Assembly (NCBI GenBank): GCA_035629075.1
Contig: DASPIK010000086.1
Location: 17,027-81,026, forward strand
Source of the DNA: Terriglobales bacterium
GTDB lineage: Bacteria; Acidobacteriota; Terriglobia; Terriglobales; Acidobacteriaceae
Reading direction: 5' to 3'
DNA length: 64,000 bases
Position 1 is the first letter of the stretch; each line of letters opens with the position of its first letter. Shown here piece after piece: positions 61,781 to 64,000 of this stretch. The translations under genes and the position numbers were made by a program. The notes under the pieces were generated by a model. The model saw nothing but the letters and a program-made list of their open reading frames with translations, was not told the origin of the DNA and searched no databases.

Positions 61781-62617
61781 ATGCATAAGCGTAGATCAAC
61801 ATGGATGGGAGCGGTAATCGGTACAATTTTCGCGCTCACCTTTTCGCTGGGCGCGCATGCCGAGGATCTCCGTGAAGAGTTCCACCAGACGTATCCACTT
61901 GCGGCCAACGGGCAAGTTTCACTCGCTAATATCAACGGCAACGTGCAGGTCACGGCATGGGACCGCAATGAAGTGAAGGTGGACGCAGTCAAGCACGCCT
62001 CCACCGCCGAGAAGTTGCAGGAAGCGAAGATCGTCGTTGACACCAAGACGGATTCCATCGCCATAAAGACCGAGTACCCTCGCGATCGCCGGAATTACAG
62101 CAATCCTGCGAGTGTGGATTACATGTTGACAGTGCCGCGTAATGCGAAGCTGCACAAAATAGACCTGATCAATGGCGATCTTACGATCGATGGCATTACC
62201 AACGACATTCGCGCGAACTCGATCAACGGAAAGGTGAATGCCCGTGGACTGACCGGGCGCCTCGATCTCTCGACGGTTAACGGTAAGGTGTCGGCCAGTT
62301 TCGTCCGTCTGGGTGCGAACAATGTTCGACTGCATTCCGTCAATGGTCCACTAGAAGTAGTGTTGCCTTCTGATGTGCAAGCCGAAATCCATGCTTCAAC
62401 CCTCAACGGCAGTATCAGCAATGAATATGGCCTGAAGATCAGTCACCGGCGTTTTGTAGGTCACGACCTACGAGGCAAACTCGGGAACGGCGGCACGCTC
62501 GTCTCGCTGAAGAATGTGAACGGAAGTATCACGGTGCGTCACGCTTCCGACGGCAAGCCCTTGAGCAAGGCCACCAGTTTGGGATCCCCGGACACCACGG
62601 AAGAATCGAAATTGTAG
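61781..62617 (+). CDS. DUF4097-type beta-helix protein (putative adhesin-like), secreted
   Basis: ATG at 61781 is preceded by ggaggcagtg. A signal peptide is followed by repeated NG-x-(V/I/L) rungs (NINGNVQV, LINGDLTI, SINGKVNA, TVNGKVSA, SVNGPLEV, TLNGSISN, NVNGSITV). Confidence 0.7.
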   Translation: MHKRRSTWMGAVIGTIFALTFSLGAHAEDLREEFHQTYPLAANGQVSLANINGNVQVTAWDRNEVKVDAVKHASTAEKLQEAKIVVDTKTDSIAIKTEYPRDRRNYSNPASVDYMLTVPRNAKLHKIDLINGDLTIDGITNDIRANSINGKVNARGLTGRLDLSTVNGKVSASFVRLGANNVRLHSVNGPLEVVLPSDVQAEIHASTLNGSISNEYGLKISHRRFVGHDLRGKLGNGGTLVSLKNVNGSITVRHASDGKPLSKATSLGSPDTTEESKL

Positions 62618-62780
62618 GGACTGAATAGGCACTATCAACTTCGGCTACGGCCGAAAGTCGGGCCATGGCCTCCGACGCGGCCGCAAGATACGGTCCTCGC
62701 CCCAGGGCTGTATCAAGCGGTCGCGACGGGAAAATGTCTGATCAGGGGTACAATGTCTCGGCCCGACGCGACGGGTCGCC

Positions 62781-63488
62781 TTACTTCCTTCCGATCATTA
62801 GCAGCGCACCGATTCTCTTGAAGTCCCGCAGCTCTTCTGCGCTCGCGAACCACTTACCCGTGTACTCATCCGGAGTAGGTGTCAGATCGGGTATGCGCTT
62901 GGCCTGAACGGAAGCAAAGCTGTGCTTCCTGAGCAGGTCGAGGTACTCCTGCTCGGACCGTACCTGTACCGGCACCTTAAGTTCGCTCACCCACCTTAGG
63001 GAGTATGGATTGTCCTTGTACAGGTTGATGAGGATGAACAATTCCCCACCCGGCGCGAGGACGCGCAATAACTCATCCAGTGCCTTGTCCTGATCTGCGT
63101 AGTAGTAGAACGACTCGATGGAGAGCACGCGATCAAAGAAGTTGTCCTGCCAAGGAATCTGCTCGGCCGAACCCCAAACGTACATCACGTTCTCGAATTC
63201 GCGAGACTGTGCCCGGGCGCGACGCACCATCTCGTCGGACACGTCGAGCCCGACGACCTGTCCGGCATCTCCGCTGCCCTCGCCCACCATTCGAGCCATG
63301 ATCCGAGTGGCCCACCCCGACCCGCAACCGAGGTCCAGTACGCGATGGCCGGGTTTCAGGCCCATCAACTGGATTGTCTGCTCGGCAATGCTGATGTGGT
63401 GTCGCTCCATTTCTTCGCCACGGCCCTCTTCGGCCCAGCGGTTGAACTCCTGCTGTAGACGCTCGTTCGGGGACTTCGGATCCGGCAT
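62781..63488 (-). CDS. Class I SAM-dependent methyltransferase
   Basis: 235 aa with the SAM-binding motif I VLDLGCGSGW and post-I VVGLDVSDEM. Confidence 0.85.
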   Translation of the reverse strand: MPDPKSPNERLQQEFNRWAEEGRGEEMERHHISIAEQTIQLMGLKPGHRVLDLGCGSGWATRIMARMVGEGSGDAGQVVGLDVSDEMVRRARAQSREFENVMYVWGSAEQIPWQDNFFDRVLSIESFYYYADQDKALDELLRVLAPGGELFILINLYKDNPYSLRWVSELKVPVQVRSEQEYLDLLRKHSFASVQAKRIPDLTPTPDEYTGKWFASAEELRDFKRIGALLMIGRK

Positions 63489-63539
63489 CTTGCAACCTCC
63501 ACGCGATTTAAAACTTCTATGCTACAGTTGCCGTCCGCT

Positions 63540-63737
63540 ATGGCTCAATCTCCGCCTCAGTCGCACACCGGGCCTGATCCTTCGCCTGCAGAGCGCAAGG
63601 ACGCAACAGGCGGTCTGTACTGCCCTCGCTGCGCCCGCGAGGTCGACGATCCCCTAACATGCGGAGACTGCTCCGCTGTGATTTGCCGAGTGTGCGGAAC
63701 GCCGCTCGAGTCGCCTGACGACCTCGCCTTTGGATAA
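63540..63737 (+). CDS. Small zinc-ribbon protein, hypothetical
   Basis: 65 aa from the second ATG, with CPRC...CGDC...CRVC cysteine pairs. Coding status is uncertain. Confidence 0.35.
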   Translation: MAQSPPQSHTGPDPSPAERKDATGGLYCPRCAREVDDPLTCGDCSAVICRVCGTPLESPDDLAFG

Positions 63738-63740
63738 CAC

Positions 63741-64000
63741 ATGAGCATGCCACGTGCCGCCTCTTCCCAACCAACGCCGTCACTAGGCGTAGTGGAAGGT
63801 TCCCGGCCTGGCCTCGTTCGCGGTCTCTCCCTGCTCGACTCTGTGCTCCTGCTGTGCGGCGGCATCATTGGCTCCGGAATCTTTTTGACGGCCGGGCAGA
63901 TCGCAGAGCAGGTGCGCACGCCTGGCCTCTTCCTGCTCGTGTGGGTAGCGGGAGGCATGATCAGTCTGCTTGCCTGTTTCGCATTCGCCGAACTGGGTTC
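63741..64000 (+). CDS. Amino acid permease (APC family), N-terminal fragment running off the right edge
   Basis: Manual translation gives MSMPRAASSQ...GLSLLDSVLLLCGGIIGSGIFLTAGQIAEQV...WVAGGMISLLACFAFAELG, the typical APC first two TM helices (GSGIF motif, AEL). Confidence 0.7.
   Translation, partial: MSMPRAASSQPTPSLGVVEGSRPGLVRGLSLLDSVLLLCGGIIGSGIFLTAGQIAEQVRTPGLFLLVWVAGGMISLLACFAFAELG

Noticed and set aside
1-64000. CRISPR arrays, tRNA, rRNA, tmRNA, RNase P and SRP RNA genes
   Set aside because: I saw no regularly spaced direct repeats. The only tandem repeat is 2 x 24 bp inside a coding region at 12714-12761. I found no T-loop (GGTTCGAAT-like) contexts and no conserved SRP or tmRNA motifs on reading the intergenic regions. 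A covariance-model scan (Infernal/tRNAscan-SE) would be needed to be definitive.

Overview
GC-rich 64-kb chromosomal window. The gene content (many TPR and CarboxypepD_reg secreted proteins, GlgE alpha-glucan pathway, futalosine-type menaquinone genes, FSLIELL-type pilins) suggests an Acidobacteriota-like soil bacterium, but this is inference only. I can support about 55 protein-coding genes and recognised no rRNA, tRNA or CRISPR array. Most of the window is housekeeping: citrate synthase fragment, rlmN, erpA, topA-dprA, cysK, glgE-mak-glgB, mqnA/mqnC/mqnD-like, nuoB and several peptidases (S46, M16, M49-like, PfpI). Accessory or unusual content: (1) a translationally coupled radical-SAM + DUF4130::UdgX-type glycosylase pair at 3050-5715; (2) a type IV pilus/T2SS-like assembly operon at 12.7-19.2 kb with a convergent pilin gene; (3) a second operon with a sigma54-type promoter at 23.1-27.4 kb, encoding two pilins interleaved with a GT-C glycosyltransferase and an alkaline-phosphatase-superfamily membrane enzyme, probably a pilin modification cassette; (4) an apparently intact 2842-bp IS1-like element at 28311-31152 with perfect 28-bp inverted repeats and an 8-bp target duplication, carrying phage-type passenger genes and a roughly 600-bp structured non-coding tail; (5) a GT-C::GT2 fusion protein at 54485-56650, paralogous to the pilin-operon GT-C; (6) a REP-like cluster of four perfect hairpins at 50013-50138. 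All family calls rest on motifs read by eye and on memory of those families. No database search was run.
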